From Actinomycetota bacterium (GTDB taxonomy: Bacteria; Actinomycetota; Acidimicrobiia; Acidimicrobiales; SZUA-35), in the NCBI GenBank assembly GCA_039029335.1, contig JBCCGJ010000003.1, positions 1-56,184 on the forward strand: a DNA stretch of 56,184 nucleotides, given 5' to 3'. Positions 8,706 through 18,558 of the stretch are shown in pieces. The notes under the pieces were generated by a model, which made no database searches, was not told the DNA's origin, and was given only the letters and a program-made list of their open reading frames with translations. A program made the translations under genes and the position numbers. The stretch's first letter is position 1; each line of letters opens with the position of its first letter.

Positions 8706-10595
8706 ATGTGCGGTATCGCCGGCGAACATCGCCGGGACGGTGGCGCGGTCGACGCCGACCTCCTGTCGGCCATGGCCGACTCGATGATCCACCGCGGGCC
8801 GGATTCTGCGGGGTATCTCCTGCGACCCGGGGTCGGCTTCGGGTTCCGTCGCCTGTCGATCATCGACCTCGACGGCGGTGACCAACCGCTCTGGAACGAG
8901 GCCGAGACCGTGTTCGTCCAGGGCAACGGTGAGATCTACAACTACCGGGAGCTCCGGGCGGAGCTGATCGGGCTCGGCTGCCGGTTCAAAACCAACTCGG
9001 ACATCGAAGTGGTCGTACACGGATTCGACCGCTGGGGCCTCGACATCCTCGACCGGCTGAACGGCATCTTCGCCCTGGCCATCTGGGACGAGACGGAAAG
9101 ACGGTTGATCCTGGTCCGGGACCACCACGGGGTGAAGCCGCTCTACTACCGGGATGCCGGCCGTCGTTTGACGTTCGGATCCGAGATGCGGGCCATTCAC
9201 GTCGACCGGTCGGCCCCGATGGACATCGACCAGGACGGCCTTCGGCTCCTCCTTCACTTCGGCTACATCCCGTCGCCCCACACCCTGGTCGACGGGGTCA
9301 AGAAGCTGGCGCCCGGGCATCTGCTGATCTCCGACGCCGACGGCAGCACGGTGCGGCGCTACTGGAACCCCGTTCCCGTCACCGACACCGACATCTCGGC
9401 AGGCGACGCCGCCGACCGATACGCCGAGCTGGTGAGCGCCGCGGTCGAGCGGCAGCTGGTCAGCGACGTCCCGGTCGGGTTGCTGCTCTCCGGAGGGGTC
9501 GACTCCTCCATGGTGTTGGCCAAGGTCCGGGAGGCGTCCGCCGAGCCGCTGCAGACCTTCACCGTCGGGTTCGGATCGGACTTCGAACACGACGAGGCCG
9601 AGCATGCGGCCGAGACCGCTCGGCTGTTCGGCACCGATCACCATCAGATCGATCTGGACCTCGGCTCGTTCGAGGACATTCTGGCCAAGACGCTGTGGCA
9701 CCTTGAGGAGCCGGTTCTGTCCCAGAGCACGTTTGCGTACCAGCTGCTCACCGAGGAGGTCGGCAAGCACGTCAAGGTTGTCCTGGCCGGACAGGGGGCG
9801 GACGAACTGTGGGCCGGCTACCGGCGCTACGTCGGCGAGTTGTACGGCGGTGGCGCCCGCCGGCTGCTCGGTTCGTCTGCGGTACGGAGTCTCGGCGAAC
9901 GGGTGCCGGCGCTCGGCTCGGTGCGGCGGGCCAGCGCGTCGCTCGGGCTTGCCGATCCCGTCGACCGGTTCGCCGCAATCCACCAGGTGTTCGACCCCGC
10001 AGACATCGCCGCTGCGGCCCGGGGTGGGCTGACCGAGGCGACCGCAACCGCCCAGGACGTGATCCGCTACTGGCAGGAACCGGTCAACCACCTCGACCCG
10101 CTGAATCAGCTTCTTTATGTCGACACCCGGGTCTCGCTGGCCGACGATCTCCTGCTCTACGGCGACAAGCTCTCCATGTCCAACTCGGTCGAGGCCCGGG
10201 TACCTCTGCTGGACATCGAGCTGTCCTCGTTCGTTGAGAGCCTTCCCACCCGGCTGAAGCTCAACCCCAGAGGGTCGAAGTACCTCCACAAGAAGGTGGC
10301 GGCCCGCATGCTGCCGAAGCAGGTGATGAAGCGGCCGAAGAAGGGTTTTGCCACCCCGGTGGACGCCTGGTTCGCCACCGAGTTCGCATCCACCATCCAG
10401 CGGTCGGTGCTGCGGGATGACTCCTGGAGTTCCCGCCACCTCGACCGCCGGTTCCTCCAGACCTACCTGGACGACCACGTGTCCGGCAGGCGGAACAACC
10501 GCCGGCAACTCACAACCCTTCTCTCGCTGGAGATCGTCTGCGACCAGATCTTCTCCGGCGTCAGCCCCTCGGAAACCATGGAGTTCGCATCATGA
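8706..10595 (+). CDS. asnB: Asparagine synthase (glutamine-hydrolysing) family amidotransferase, polysaccharide-associated
   Basis: N-terminal MCGIAG, HRGPD, NGEIYN, LLSGGVDSS, GQGADE and EARVPLLD motifs. Confidence 0.93.
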   Translation: MCGIAGEHRRDGGAVDADLLSAMADSMIHRGPDSAGYLLRPGVGFGFRRLSIIDLDGGDQPLWNEAETVFVQGNGEIYNYRELRAELIGLGCRFKTNSDIEVVVHGFDRWGLDILDRLNGIFALAIWDETERRLILVRDHHGVKPLYYRDAGRRLTFGSEMRAIHVDRSAPMDIDQDGLRLLLHFGYIPSPHTLVDGVKKLAPGHLLISDADGSTVRRYWNPVPVTDTDISAGDAADRYAELVSAAVERQLVSDVPVGLLLSGGVDSSMVLAKVREASAEPLQTFTVGFGSDFEHDEAEHAAETARLFGTDHHQIDLDLGSFEDILAKTLWHLEEPVLSQSTFAYQLLTEEVGKHVKVVLAGQGADELWAGYRRYVGELYGGGARRLLGSSAVRSLGERVPALGSVRRASASLGLADPVDRFAAIHQVFDPADIAAAARGGLTEATATAQDVIRYWQEPVNHLDPLNQLLYVDTRVSLADDLLLYGDKLSMSNSVEARVPLLDIELSSFVESLPTRLKLNPRGSKYLHKKVAARMLPKQVMKRPKKGFATPVDAWFATEFASTIQRSVLRDDSWSSRHLDRRFLQTYLDDHVSGRRNNRRQLTTLLSLEIVCDQIFSGVSPSETMEFAS

Positions 10596-11910
10596 ACGTT
10601 GCTGTGTTCGGCCTCGGGTATGTCGGATCGGTCACCGCGGCCTGTCTGGCATCGCTCGGGCACCGGGTCATCGGCGTTGACACCAACGGAACGAAGGTCG
10701 ATCTGATCAACCAGGGTCGAAGCCCGGTTGCGGAGCCCGGCATCGGGGAGATGATCATCGCGGCGACTGACGACGGACTGCTGACGGCAACCCTTGATCC
10801 GACTGAAGCGGTTGCCGGCTCTGACCTTGCGCTGGTGTGCGTCGGCACACCAAGCAGGCCGAACGGGGACATCGACCTGGCGTATTTGGAGAACGTGAGC
10901 CGCAACATCGGCGCGGCGTTGGCCGAGTTGGACAAGCGGGACTACGTGGTGGTCGTCCGGAGCACGGTGGTTCCCGGCACCGCGGACCGTATGTCCGAGG
11001 TCATGGCCGAGGTCCTGGCCGCGAGCGGCGCCGGTGCGCTGAACCCGTCGGTCGCCGTCAACCCGGAGTTCCTCCGCGAGGGGCAGGCCGTTGAGGATTT
11101 CATGGCTCCGCCCCTGGTCATGGTGGGGGCCGACGACGGGGACGTTGCGGCCAAGATCCTGGCGCTCTACGACGGCATCGAGGCCGAGCGGCAGGTCGAG
11201 CCGACCCGGCTGACCGAGATGGTCAAGTACGCCAACAACAGCTGGCACGCGGCCAAGGTCACCTTCGCCAACGAGGTGGGCATCGTCTCCCAGGCCATGG
11301 GGGTCGATGGGGCCAAGGTGATGGAGCTGCTGTGTCGGGACACCAAGCTCAACATCTCACCGGCGTACCTCCGGCCGGGGTTTGCGTTCGGCGGCTCGTG
11401 TCTGCCGAAGGACGTCCGGGCGCTGAACTTCATGGCCAAGGACAACGACATCGCTGTGCCGATGCTGTCCAGCCTCCTCACCAGCAACGAGATTCAGGTG
11501 CAGCGGGTCATCGATCAGCTTGTGGCTCACCCCGGCAAGACCATCGGTGTCATCGGTCTGGCGTTCAAGGCGAACACCTCGACCTCCGGGAGAGCCCGCT
11601 GGTCGAGGTGGTTGAACGGATGATCGGCAAGGGCTTCACCTGTCTGGTCCATGACCGCGACATCACCCATTCGGAGCTGATCGGCGGCAACCGGGACTAC
11701 ATCGAGCGGGAGATCCCCCACCTCGACCGGCACCTGGTCGACGACGTCGAGCAGCTTGTCGCCAAAGCCGATGTGGTGGTCGTCTCCAAGGCTCCGGCCG
11801 AGGTCAGGGCGGCGTTGGCCGACCGGCCGGACGACCAGCTGCTGATCGACCTCGTCGGTCTGGAACCGGAACTCCGGACGGTCGGCCCGTACACGGGGGT
11901 GGCGTGGTGA
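10592..11910 (+). pseudogene. algD: GDP-mannose 6-dehydrogenase (AlgD-like), split by a 1-nt deletion at about 11580 (real or sequencing error)
   Basis: GLGYVG, NPEFLREG and FGGSCLPKD motifs. The conserved GLAFKANT-x-DLRESP is broken as AAC ACC TC GAC CTC CGG GAG; the C-terminal half continues in the 11332-11910 frame and ends GVAW, similar to AlgD GICW. Confidence 0.85.
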
Positions 11911-13157
11911 GCGAACAGGACACAAAACCCCACGCGCTGCTGGTGGTTGAGAACTGCTCGGTCCCGGCCGACCGCCGGGTGTGGAACCAGGCCAGGGCGG
12001 CCCGTGACGGCGGATACGACGTCACGGTCATCTCGCCCGTCGGGATCAAAGCCGGTGATGTTCAACGGCGAGAAACCAGGGACGGGATCAACATCTGTCG
12101 GTTCCCGATGCCGTTCGGCGGCCCCAGGAAGATCGACTTCCTGTTCGAATACGGATGGGCCGTCCTCGTCTGTCACTGGCTGGCCTGGCGGGTGTGGCGC
12201 CGGGAGCGCTTCGACGTGATTCACGTGGCCAATCCGCCTGACATGTTCTTCGGCCTGAAGTGGCTCTTCGGCAGGCGGGGTGCCCGCTTTGTCTTCGATC
12301 AGCACGACCTCGGGCCGGAGACGTACCAGAGCAAGTTCGAGGAGGAGCGGGAGGACGCCTTCTCCAAGCTGCTCGGCTGGCTCGAGCAACGGAGTTACCG
12401 CGCCGCCGATGCGGTGATTGTCACCAACGAGTCCTACCGGGAGCGGGCGATCGGCCGGGGCGGCATGGCCGACGAAGACGTGTTCACCGTTCGCAACAGC
12501 CCGGACCTCGACCTGTTCGCCCCCCGGCCTCCGGTGCCGGAACTCAAAGCGGGTTACTCCCACATGGTGCTGTTCGTCGGCACGATGGGCCACCAGGACG
12601 GCGTCCACATTCTTCTCGACGCTGCGGACCACGTGCGGAACACCGCAGGCCGGGATGACGTGCTGTTTGTGATGGTCGGCACCGGCGACGCGTGGGACCG
12701 GCTGCAGGAACAGCATCGGAAGCTCGATCTCGGTGACGGAGTGCGCTTCACCGGCTTCATCTCGGACGACGACATGTTGGACTACATGGCAACCGCCGAC
12801 GTCGGTGCCGCCCCGGACGTCGAGAGTCCGCTGAACAACATCTCGACGATGATCAAGACGATGGACTACATGGCCATGGGGCTGCCCGTGGTCAGCTTCG
12901 ACCTGACCGAGTCCCGGGTGTCGGCCGGTGACGCCGCACGGTACGCCCCCGAGCACTCCGGTGAGTCCTTCGGCGAGACGATCCTGGCCCTGATCGACGA
13001 CCCCGAGCTCCGGCACAGGATGGGGGAGATCGGTCAGGAGCGGATCGCCGGTCCGCTGTCGTGGAAGAACAGCGCAACCCAGCTGCTGGCGGCCTACCGT
13101 CGAGCGCGGCGCATGACGACCGCGGTGGTCCGTCCGCTGTCGGAGCAGGTCGGTTGA
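11907..13157 (+). CDS. Glycosyltransferase family 4 (WbuB-like)
   Basis: DVIHVANPPD, FDQHDLGPE and KTMDYMAMGLPVV motifs. GTGA overlap with the upstream stop. Confidence 0.9.
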   Translation: MSEQDTKPHALLVVENCSVPADRRVWNQARAARDGGYDVTVISPVGIKAGDVQRRETRDGINICRFPMPFGGPRKIDFLFEYGWAVLVCHWLAWRVWRRERFDVIHVANPPDMFFGLKWLFGRRGARFVFDQHDLGPETYQSKFEEEREDAFSKLLGWLEQRSYRAADAVIVTNESYRERAIGRGGMADEDVFTVRNSPDLDLFAPRPPVPELKAGYSHMVLFVGTMGHQDGVHILLDAADHVRNTAGRDDVLFVMVGTGDAWDRLQEQHRKLDLGDGVRFTGFISDDDMLDYMATADVGAAPDVESPLNNISTMIKTMDYMAMGLPVVSFDLTESRVSAGDAARYAPEHSGESFGETILALIDDPELRHRMGEIGQERIAGPLSWKNSATQLLAAYRRARRMTTAVVRPLSEQVG

Positions 13158-14815
13158 GAGCGATGTGCGCCGTGGCCCTCACCCTGGGAGTGCTGACCGC
13201 CGGTTGCGCCGCCGACCAGGTTGACGCGGTCGACGCGGCACCGGTTGTGACCTCGGTTGTCGAGGAGGCGTCATCGACGGGTATCGGCTCCGACGTCGGG
13301 AGCGGCCAGGCGGTCGATGGGTCGACCAAACCGGACGCCTCGGGGTCCGAGCCCGTCGAGGGTGAAGCCGACGCTGAGGTGCTGACCGAGTTCGTCGCCG
13401 ATGCACACCTCCTTGACGGCTGGTCCAGGGCGGGGACAACTGCGACCGCTGGCGAAACCCGTCTGTCGGTTGCGGTGTACGGTGCGGTGGCCGACGATGA
13501 CACCTCGGACTCCGCTGCGTTCGCCGCTGCGGTCCGCGAGGCGGCGGGAATTGACGGTGCGGTGACGATCAGCGTCGGCGAGGGGACCTACCTGCTGACC
13601 CGGACGCTGGAGTTGACCGACGGCATCACGATCAAGGGGCAGGGCCCGGACACCCGAATCGTGCTGGACCTTGGCGGGCGCGACGCCCCCGGCATACGGG
13701 CGGAGGGCCGGATCGGTGGGAGCTGGATCGCACTGGCCGACGCACCGCGCCGGGGAGACACTACGATCACGGTCGATTCCGGGCTGCAGGTCACTCCCGG
13801 TGATGTCGTTGAGCTCGAGCAGCAGAACGACGAATCGTTCTACCTCCGGGAGGATTGGCGGGTCGACTGGGGCCGGGCGGCGACCGGCGAGATGAACCGC
13901 GTCGTGTCGGTCGACGGCAGGACCGTGACCTTCGAAGCGCCGATCCTCGCCGACTACAACGCGGCGTTGACACCACGCGTCCGGATCATCGACCCCGTGC
14001 GGGAGGTCGGCCTCGAAGACCTCTCGATCTTCCGGGCGGACGACGGATACGGGTCGACCGTGCGGTTCGAGCTGGCCGCGGACGTGTGGCTCGATCGGGT
14101 GACCAGCGAACGCACCACCCGAGCCCACGTCGGGCTGAATCAGACCTACCGGTGTCGGATCTCCGGCTCGACCATCCACGACGCAAACGACTTCGGGGAC
14201 GGCGGACGGGCGTACGGGGTCAGCCTCGCCCGGCACACCACGGGCTGCCTGGTCACCAACAACACCCTCTACGACCTTCGCCACGCGATCATCCTGCAGT
14301 TGGGCGCCAGCGGCAACGTGGTCGCCTTCAACCATGCCCGCGGCTCGGCCGGCTACGAGGACCGCCAACCGAGGGCCGATCTCTCGCTCCACGGGCACCT
14401 CGCCCAGGCCAACCTGTTTGAGGGCAACATCGTCGACCGGGCGGTCTCGTCCGACTGGTGGGGCCCGTCCGGTCCGACAAACACCCTGCACCGGAACTGC
14501 GTGCGGGACCACGTCATCCTGACCAACCGGTCCGACGGTCAGGTTGTCGTCGGCAACGTCATCGGGGACGGCGGACTCCGCATCGACGATGACATCACCG
14601 ACACGGTCGCCGTCGGCAACCACCTGCTGACCGCGGCCGCCGCCAGGGACGGCGGGTTGGAACCGCCACCACCGCTGAGCGGCCCGCCGTCGCTCTGGAG
14701 CGAGAGCGCCCCGGACTTTCTGGACGGGTATGCATGGCCACCAATCGATCCCGCCCGGGATGGATCGGCCTGCAACCTCCCGGCGTCCGGCCGGTCACCA
14801 CTGGGGAACAACTGA
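13154..14815 (+). CDS. Lipoprotein with right-handed beta-helix (pectate lyase/GH28-like) domain
   Basis: Lipobox VLTAG-C, pectate-lyase-3-type motif (VAVYGAVADDDTSDSAAFAAAV...GTYLL), Asn-rich beta-helix repeats. Start at TTG 13154 (overlapping the upstream TGA) or ATG 13163. Confidence 0.75.
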   Translation: MRAMCAVALTLGVLTAGCAADQVDAVDAAPVVTSVVEEASSTGIGSDVGSGQAVDGSTKPDASGSEPVEGEADAEVLTEFVADAHLLDGWSRAGTTATAGETRLSVAVYGAVADDDTSDSAAFAAAVREAAGIDGAVTISVGEGTYLLTRTLELTDGITIKGQGPDTRIVLDLGGRDAPGIRAEGRIGGSWIALADAPRRGDTTITVDSGLQVTPGDVVELEQQNDESFYLREDWRVDWGRAATGEMNRVVSVDGRTVTFEAPILADYNAALTPRVRIIDPVREVGLEDLSIFRADDGYGSTVRFELAADVWLDRVTSERTTRAHVGLNQTYRCRISGSTIHDANDFGDGGRAYGVSLARHTTGCLVTNNTLYDLRHAIILQLGASGNVVAFNHARGSAGYEDRQPRADLSLHGHLAQANLFEGNIVDRAVSSDWWGPSGPTNTLHRNCVRDHVILTNRSDGQVVVGNVIGDGGLRIDDDITDTVAVGNHLLTAAAARDGGLEPPPPLSGPPSLWSESAPDFLDGYAWPPIDPARDGSACNLPASGRSPLGNN

Positions 14816-15912
14816 TGGCGACCGGATCAGACAACTCATCGATCAACGGAGATTCAGGAGAAACAGTGAGCAGTCTTGAGGTAGGTGTTGTCGGAACCGG
14901 CTACTGGGGTATCCGACACGTGCGGGTCCTATCGTCAGTCCCCGGTGTGTCGGTGTCGGTCGTCGATCGTGACGATGGCCGACGGCAGGCGGCGGTTGAC
15001 GCATATCCGGTGAAGCGGGCGGTGTCCGATCTCGGCGAAATCATCGACGACCTCGATGCGCTGATCATCGCAACCCCGCCGACAACCCACTACAGCCTGG
15101 CGAAGGCCGCACTGGAACGTGACATCCACGTCCTGGTCGAGAAACCGATGACCACCGACCTTGACGAGGCGGATGATCTGCTTGCCGAGGCCGCTCGTCG
15201 CAACCTGTGCCTGATGGTCGGCCACACGTTCGAGTTCAACGGGGCGGTCTGGGGCCTGTCCGAGGCCATTCGGGATCCGGCGTTCGGTCGGGTCCGGTAC
15301 ATCAACTCGGCACGGCTGAACCTTGGCCTCTATCAGCCGGACACCGACGTGCTGTGGGACCTCGCACCGCACGACATCTCGATCATCAACTACATCCTGG
15401 ATGCCCAGCCCACGTCGGTGTCCGCCTGGGGTCTGCAGCTCATGGGTGACAAGGCCGACGTTGCCTACCTGTCCATGCGCTACGACCAGCTGGACGTGAG
15501 CGCCAGCATTCACGTCAGCTGGCTCGACCCGATGAAGGTCCGCCGAACCACGGTTGTCGGTGAGAAGTCGATGGTGGTGTACGACGATGTCGCCTCGGAG
15601 GAGCGACTGCGTATTTACGACAAGGGCATCAAACAGGACGGCGGTAGCGACGACCGGGGTTCCGGCCCGCCCCTGTCCTATCGCTATGGCGACATCGTCT
15701 CCCCCTACATCGACTTCCGGGAGCCCCTGCAGGTCGAGATGAACGCCTTCATCAACTCGATCCGCTCCGAGGGCCCGGCGTCCACGAACGGCAGGCGGGG
15801 CCGGGACGTTGTTGCCGTGCTGTGCGCCGCCGAAGAGTCCCAGCGGACCGGGCAGTGGGTGGACGTTCCGCAGTTCGACGATCACCTGGCCGGCGGGGTG
15901 TCCGCAGCATGA
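14815..15912 (+). CDS. Gfo/Idh/MocA family oxidoreductase (WbpB/GnnA-like sugar 3-dehydrogenase)
   Basis: VGVVGTGYWG, HVLVEKP and LWDLAPHDIS motifs. Alternative GTG start at 14866 after AGGAG. Confidence 0.88.
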   Translation: MATGSDNSSINGDSGETVSSLEVGVVGTGYWGIRHVRVLSSVPGVSVSVVDRDDGRRQAAVDAYPVKRAVSDLGEIIDDLDALIIATPPTTHYSLAKAALERDIHVLVEKPMTTDLDEADDLLAEAARRNLCLMVGHTFEFNGAVWGLSEAIRDPAFGRVRYINSARLNLGLYQPDTDVLWDLAPHDISIINYILDAQPTSVSAWGLQLMGDKADVAYLSMRYDQLDVSASIHVSWLDPMKVRRTTVVGEKSMVVYDDVASEERLRIYDKGIKQDGGSDDRGSGPPLSYRYGDIVSPYIDFREPLQVEMNAFINSIRSEGPASTNGRRGRDVVAVLCAAEESQRTGQWVDVPQFDDHLAGGVSAA

Positions 15913-17021
15913 GCAGCCCGGTTGCCTTCCTCGATCTCGGTACCGCGCATGCCGCAATTCGGCCGGAACTCGACGCGGTGTGGCACAACGCAGTCGACCG
16001 GAATGGTTTTGTCGGCGGAGAACCGGTGGTGAAGTTCGAGGAGGACTTCGCCCGCTACACCGGTTCCCGCTTTTGCATCGGCGTCAGCAACGGCACGGAC
16101 GCCCTCGAGCTGATCCTGGCCGGGTTGGACATCGGCCCCGGCGACGAGGTGATCGTTCCGACCAACACGTTCATCGCAACGGCGGAGGCGGTGGTTCGGG
16201 CCGGTGCCACACCGGTCTTTGTCGACGTCGACCCCGTGACCGCGTTGATCACCGGCGATCATGTCCGGGCCGCGCTGACCGAGCGGACCGCAGCGGTCAT
16301 GGCCGTCCATCTGTACGGCCAGATGGTCAACATGACGGACCTGCTGGCGGTCACCGAACCCGCCGGGGTCGCCGTCATCGAGGACGCCGCGCAGGCCCAC
16401 GGCGCCACGTGGGAAGGCGCACCCGCCGGATCGCTTGGTGTCGCCGCCGGCTTCAGCTTCTACCCGGGCAAGAACCTCGGGGCGTTCGGCGACGGGGGAG
16501 CGGTGACCACCGGCGACGAGCGGCTGGCGGAACGCATCCGCTCCACGGCCAACCACGGTCGATCCAGCACGTCCAAGTACGAGCACGATCTGCTCGGTCG
16601 CAATGCTCGGCTCGACAGCCTGCAGGCGGCGATCCTGCGAATCAAGCTTGGCGAGCTCGACTCGTGGAACAAGGCCCGGCGGGAGGTCGCCGGGCTCTAC
16701 GACGTGAAGCTCGGCGGACACGTTGTGCCGTTCGCCGAGGCCGACCGGGCAGCTTCGGTCTACCACCTCTACGTCATTCGCTGTGTCGGCGTGACCCGGG
16801 ACGCGGTTGGGGAGGCCCTTGATCGGAACGGTATCGGCTGGGGAATCCACTATCCGATTCCCTGCCACCTTCAGGCGCCGTTCCGCTCGGCGGCCACACC
16901 GGTGATCGACGTGGCGGAGCAACAGGCTCCGCAGCTGCTATCCCTACCGATGCACCCGCATCTGACCGCGGACGAGATCGACCGGGTCTGCGGGGTGATC
17001 AATGAGCTTGATGGTCGCTGA
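15909..17021 (+). CDS. DegT/DnrJ/EryC1/StrS aminotransferase (WbpE/GnnB-like)
   Basis: VHLYGQ, IEDAAQAHGA and FSFYPGKNLGAFGDGG PLP-lysine motif. ATGA overlap with the upstream gene. Confidence 0.92.
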   Translation: MSSPVAFLDLGTAHAAIRPELDAVWHNAVDRNGFVGGEPVVKFEEDFARYTGSRFCIGVSNGTDALELILAGLDIGPGDEVIVPTNTFIATAEAVVRAGATPVFVDVDPVTALITGDHVRAALTERTAAVMAVHLYGQMVNMTDLLAVTEPAGVAVIEDAAQAHGATWEGAPAGSLGVAAGFSFYPGKNLGAFGDGGAVTTGDERLAERIRSTANHGRSSTSKYEHDLLGRNARLDSLQAAILRIKLGELDSWNKARREVAGLYDVKLGGHVVPFAEADRAASVYHLYVIRCVGVTRDAVGEALDRNGIGWGIHYPIPCHLQAPFRSAATPVIDVAEQQAPQLLSLPMHPHLTADEIDRVCGVINELDGR

Positions 17022-18558
17022 GCCGGCACCGTGCGGCGAGCAGGGGGACGGGTCGGGCAGGCAGCCTGGCCCGGTCTCACTGTCGGCCGAGACCGCGGGC
17101 CGTCCTCCGTGGCGGGTGGTGTTCGGGACCCTGATCCTTGGTGTTGTTGCCGGCCTCTTCGGTGCGCAGGGTTCGGTTCTTGCCGAGATGGCAAAGGAGG
17201 AGGTCTGGGTGGCCTCCGGCAGCGTCCAGGTCCGCAACGATCGGATCCAACCGGAATCGGTGAAGGTGGTGCTGGAAAGCCCGGGCTTGTGGAATCCGAT
17301 CGCCGCCCGGGAAGGCATATCTGCCAGGGACTTCCAGGAGGACTACGCGGTTGACGTGTCCGGCGGAACGCAGATCGTCCAGGCCACGTTCGAAGACACG
17401 GACCAGGATCGGGCCCGGCGCATCATCGGCGACGTTCTCGACACGTACGTCGAGAACGCCAGTGCACCGCCGGAGATCCTCCAGACCGAGCTGCTGCAGT
17501 CCCATCTGGAGTCCCTCACCGAGCTGGAGTCGTCGATCGTCGTCAGTCTGAACAACAGCGACGATCTGCCGCGACTGCAGCAGATCGACCTGCAGAACGA
17601 GCTGGTGCGGACAAGGCAGCAGATCACGACGGTCATCTTCCGCCTGGACACCCGGGCGACCGAGCTGGCGGAACGTCGCAGGATCGATCCCGAGGTGGTG
17701 ACCGCACCGTTCATCCTGGAGGAGCCGGTGACCCCCGATCCGCTCAAAGCCGCGGTCTTCGGGTTCACCGTCGGTGGCCTTGTCGCACTGGCCGCCGCAT
17801 ACCTGGTGTTCCACCGGGAGGCCCAGGCTGCCGGGGATGTCAGCCGTTCGCCGGCCGCGGGCAACGGGTCGAGCGGGTTTGCCACAACCGGTGCGACCGG
17901 TGCCGATCGCGGCCGTTCGAGCAGCCGACCGCACAACCGGGGCAACCGACTGAAGCGGACCTTGGACGTGGTGATCGCCGGGCTTGTCCTGATCGTCATC
18001 TCCCCGCTGCTGCTGGTCATCGCTCTGCTGATCAAGTTGACAAGCCGGGGGCCGGTGCTGTTCAAGCAGGACCGGGTCGGGCTCGGCGATCGGCTGTTCA
18101 CGCTCTACAAGTTCCGAACGATGCACGTGGACAACGACGACTCCGAGCATCGGGCGTTTGTCGAGGGGCAGCTGGAGAACGGCGACGCGAACCACACGGA
18201 CGACGGCAGGTTCAAACTGCAGGACTCCCGGGTGACCAGGGTCGGTGGCCCGCTGCGACGGTTGTCCCTTGACGAGCTGCCGCAACTGTTGAACGTGCTC
18301 AGAGGCGACATGTCGCTTGTCGGGCCGCGTCCGGCGTTGCCCTGGGAGGCGTCGCTGTTCGAGGCTCGCTATCGGGGCCGAACGAAGGCCGTTCCCGGCT
18401 GCACCGGACTCTGGCAGGTCTCGGGGCGCAGCCAGGTGTCGGTCAGGCGGATGTTGGAGCTCGACATGGAATACGTCCAGACCAGAAGCACGGCCAAGGA
18501 CCTGGGGATTCTGGCCCGCACCCCCTTGGTCGTGCTCAGAGGAGACGGTGCGCGATGA
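17002..18558 (+). CDS. Fusion: Wzz-like co-polymerase domain plus bacterial (priming) sugar transferase
   Basis: TM-extracellular coiled coil-Pro-rich-TM module, followed by KRTLDV, FKQDRVG, YKFRTM, SLDELPQLLNVLRGDMSLVGPRP and PGCTGLWQVSGR. Confidence 0.85.
   Translation: MSLMVAEPAPCGEQGDGSGRQPGPVSLSAETAGRPPWRVVFGTLILGVVAGLFGAQGSVLAEMAKEEVWVASGSVQVRNDRIQPESVKVVLESPGLWNPIAAREGISARDFQEDYAVDVSGGTQIVQATFEDTDQDRARRIIGDVLDTYVENASAPPEILQTELLQSHLESLTELESSIVVSLNNSDDLPRLQQIDLQNELVRTRQQITTVIFRLDTRATELAERRRIDPEVVTAPFILEEPVTPDPLKAAVFGFTVGGLVALAAAYLVFHREAQAAGDVSRSPAAGNGSSGFATTGATGADRGRSSSRPHNRGNRLKRTLDVVIAGLVLIVISPLLLVIALLIKLTSRGPVLFKQDRVGLGDRLFTLYKFRTMHVDNDDSEHRAFVEGQLENGDANHTDDGRFKLQDSRVTRVGGPLRRLSLDELPQLLNVLRGDMSLVGPRPALPWEASLFEARYRGRTKAVPGCTGLWQVSGRSQVSVRRMLELDMEYVQTRSTAKDLGILARTPLVVLRGDGAR

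Noticed and set aside
8472-10595. Lasso peptide cluster (small ORF plus AsnB-like cyclase)
   Set aside because: AsnB retains the N-terminal Cys glutaminase domain, the small ORF is a TM protein without a lasso leader/core pattern, no B1/B2 genes are present, and the context is polysaccharide synthesis.
11570-11623. Programmed ribosomal frameshift or phase variation in algD
   Set aside because: There is no slippery heptamer, homopolymer or short-repeat tract at the break; an indel is simpler.
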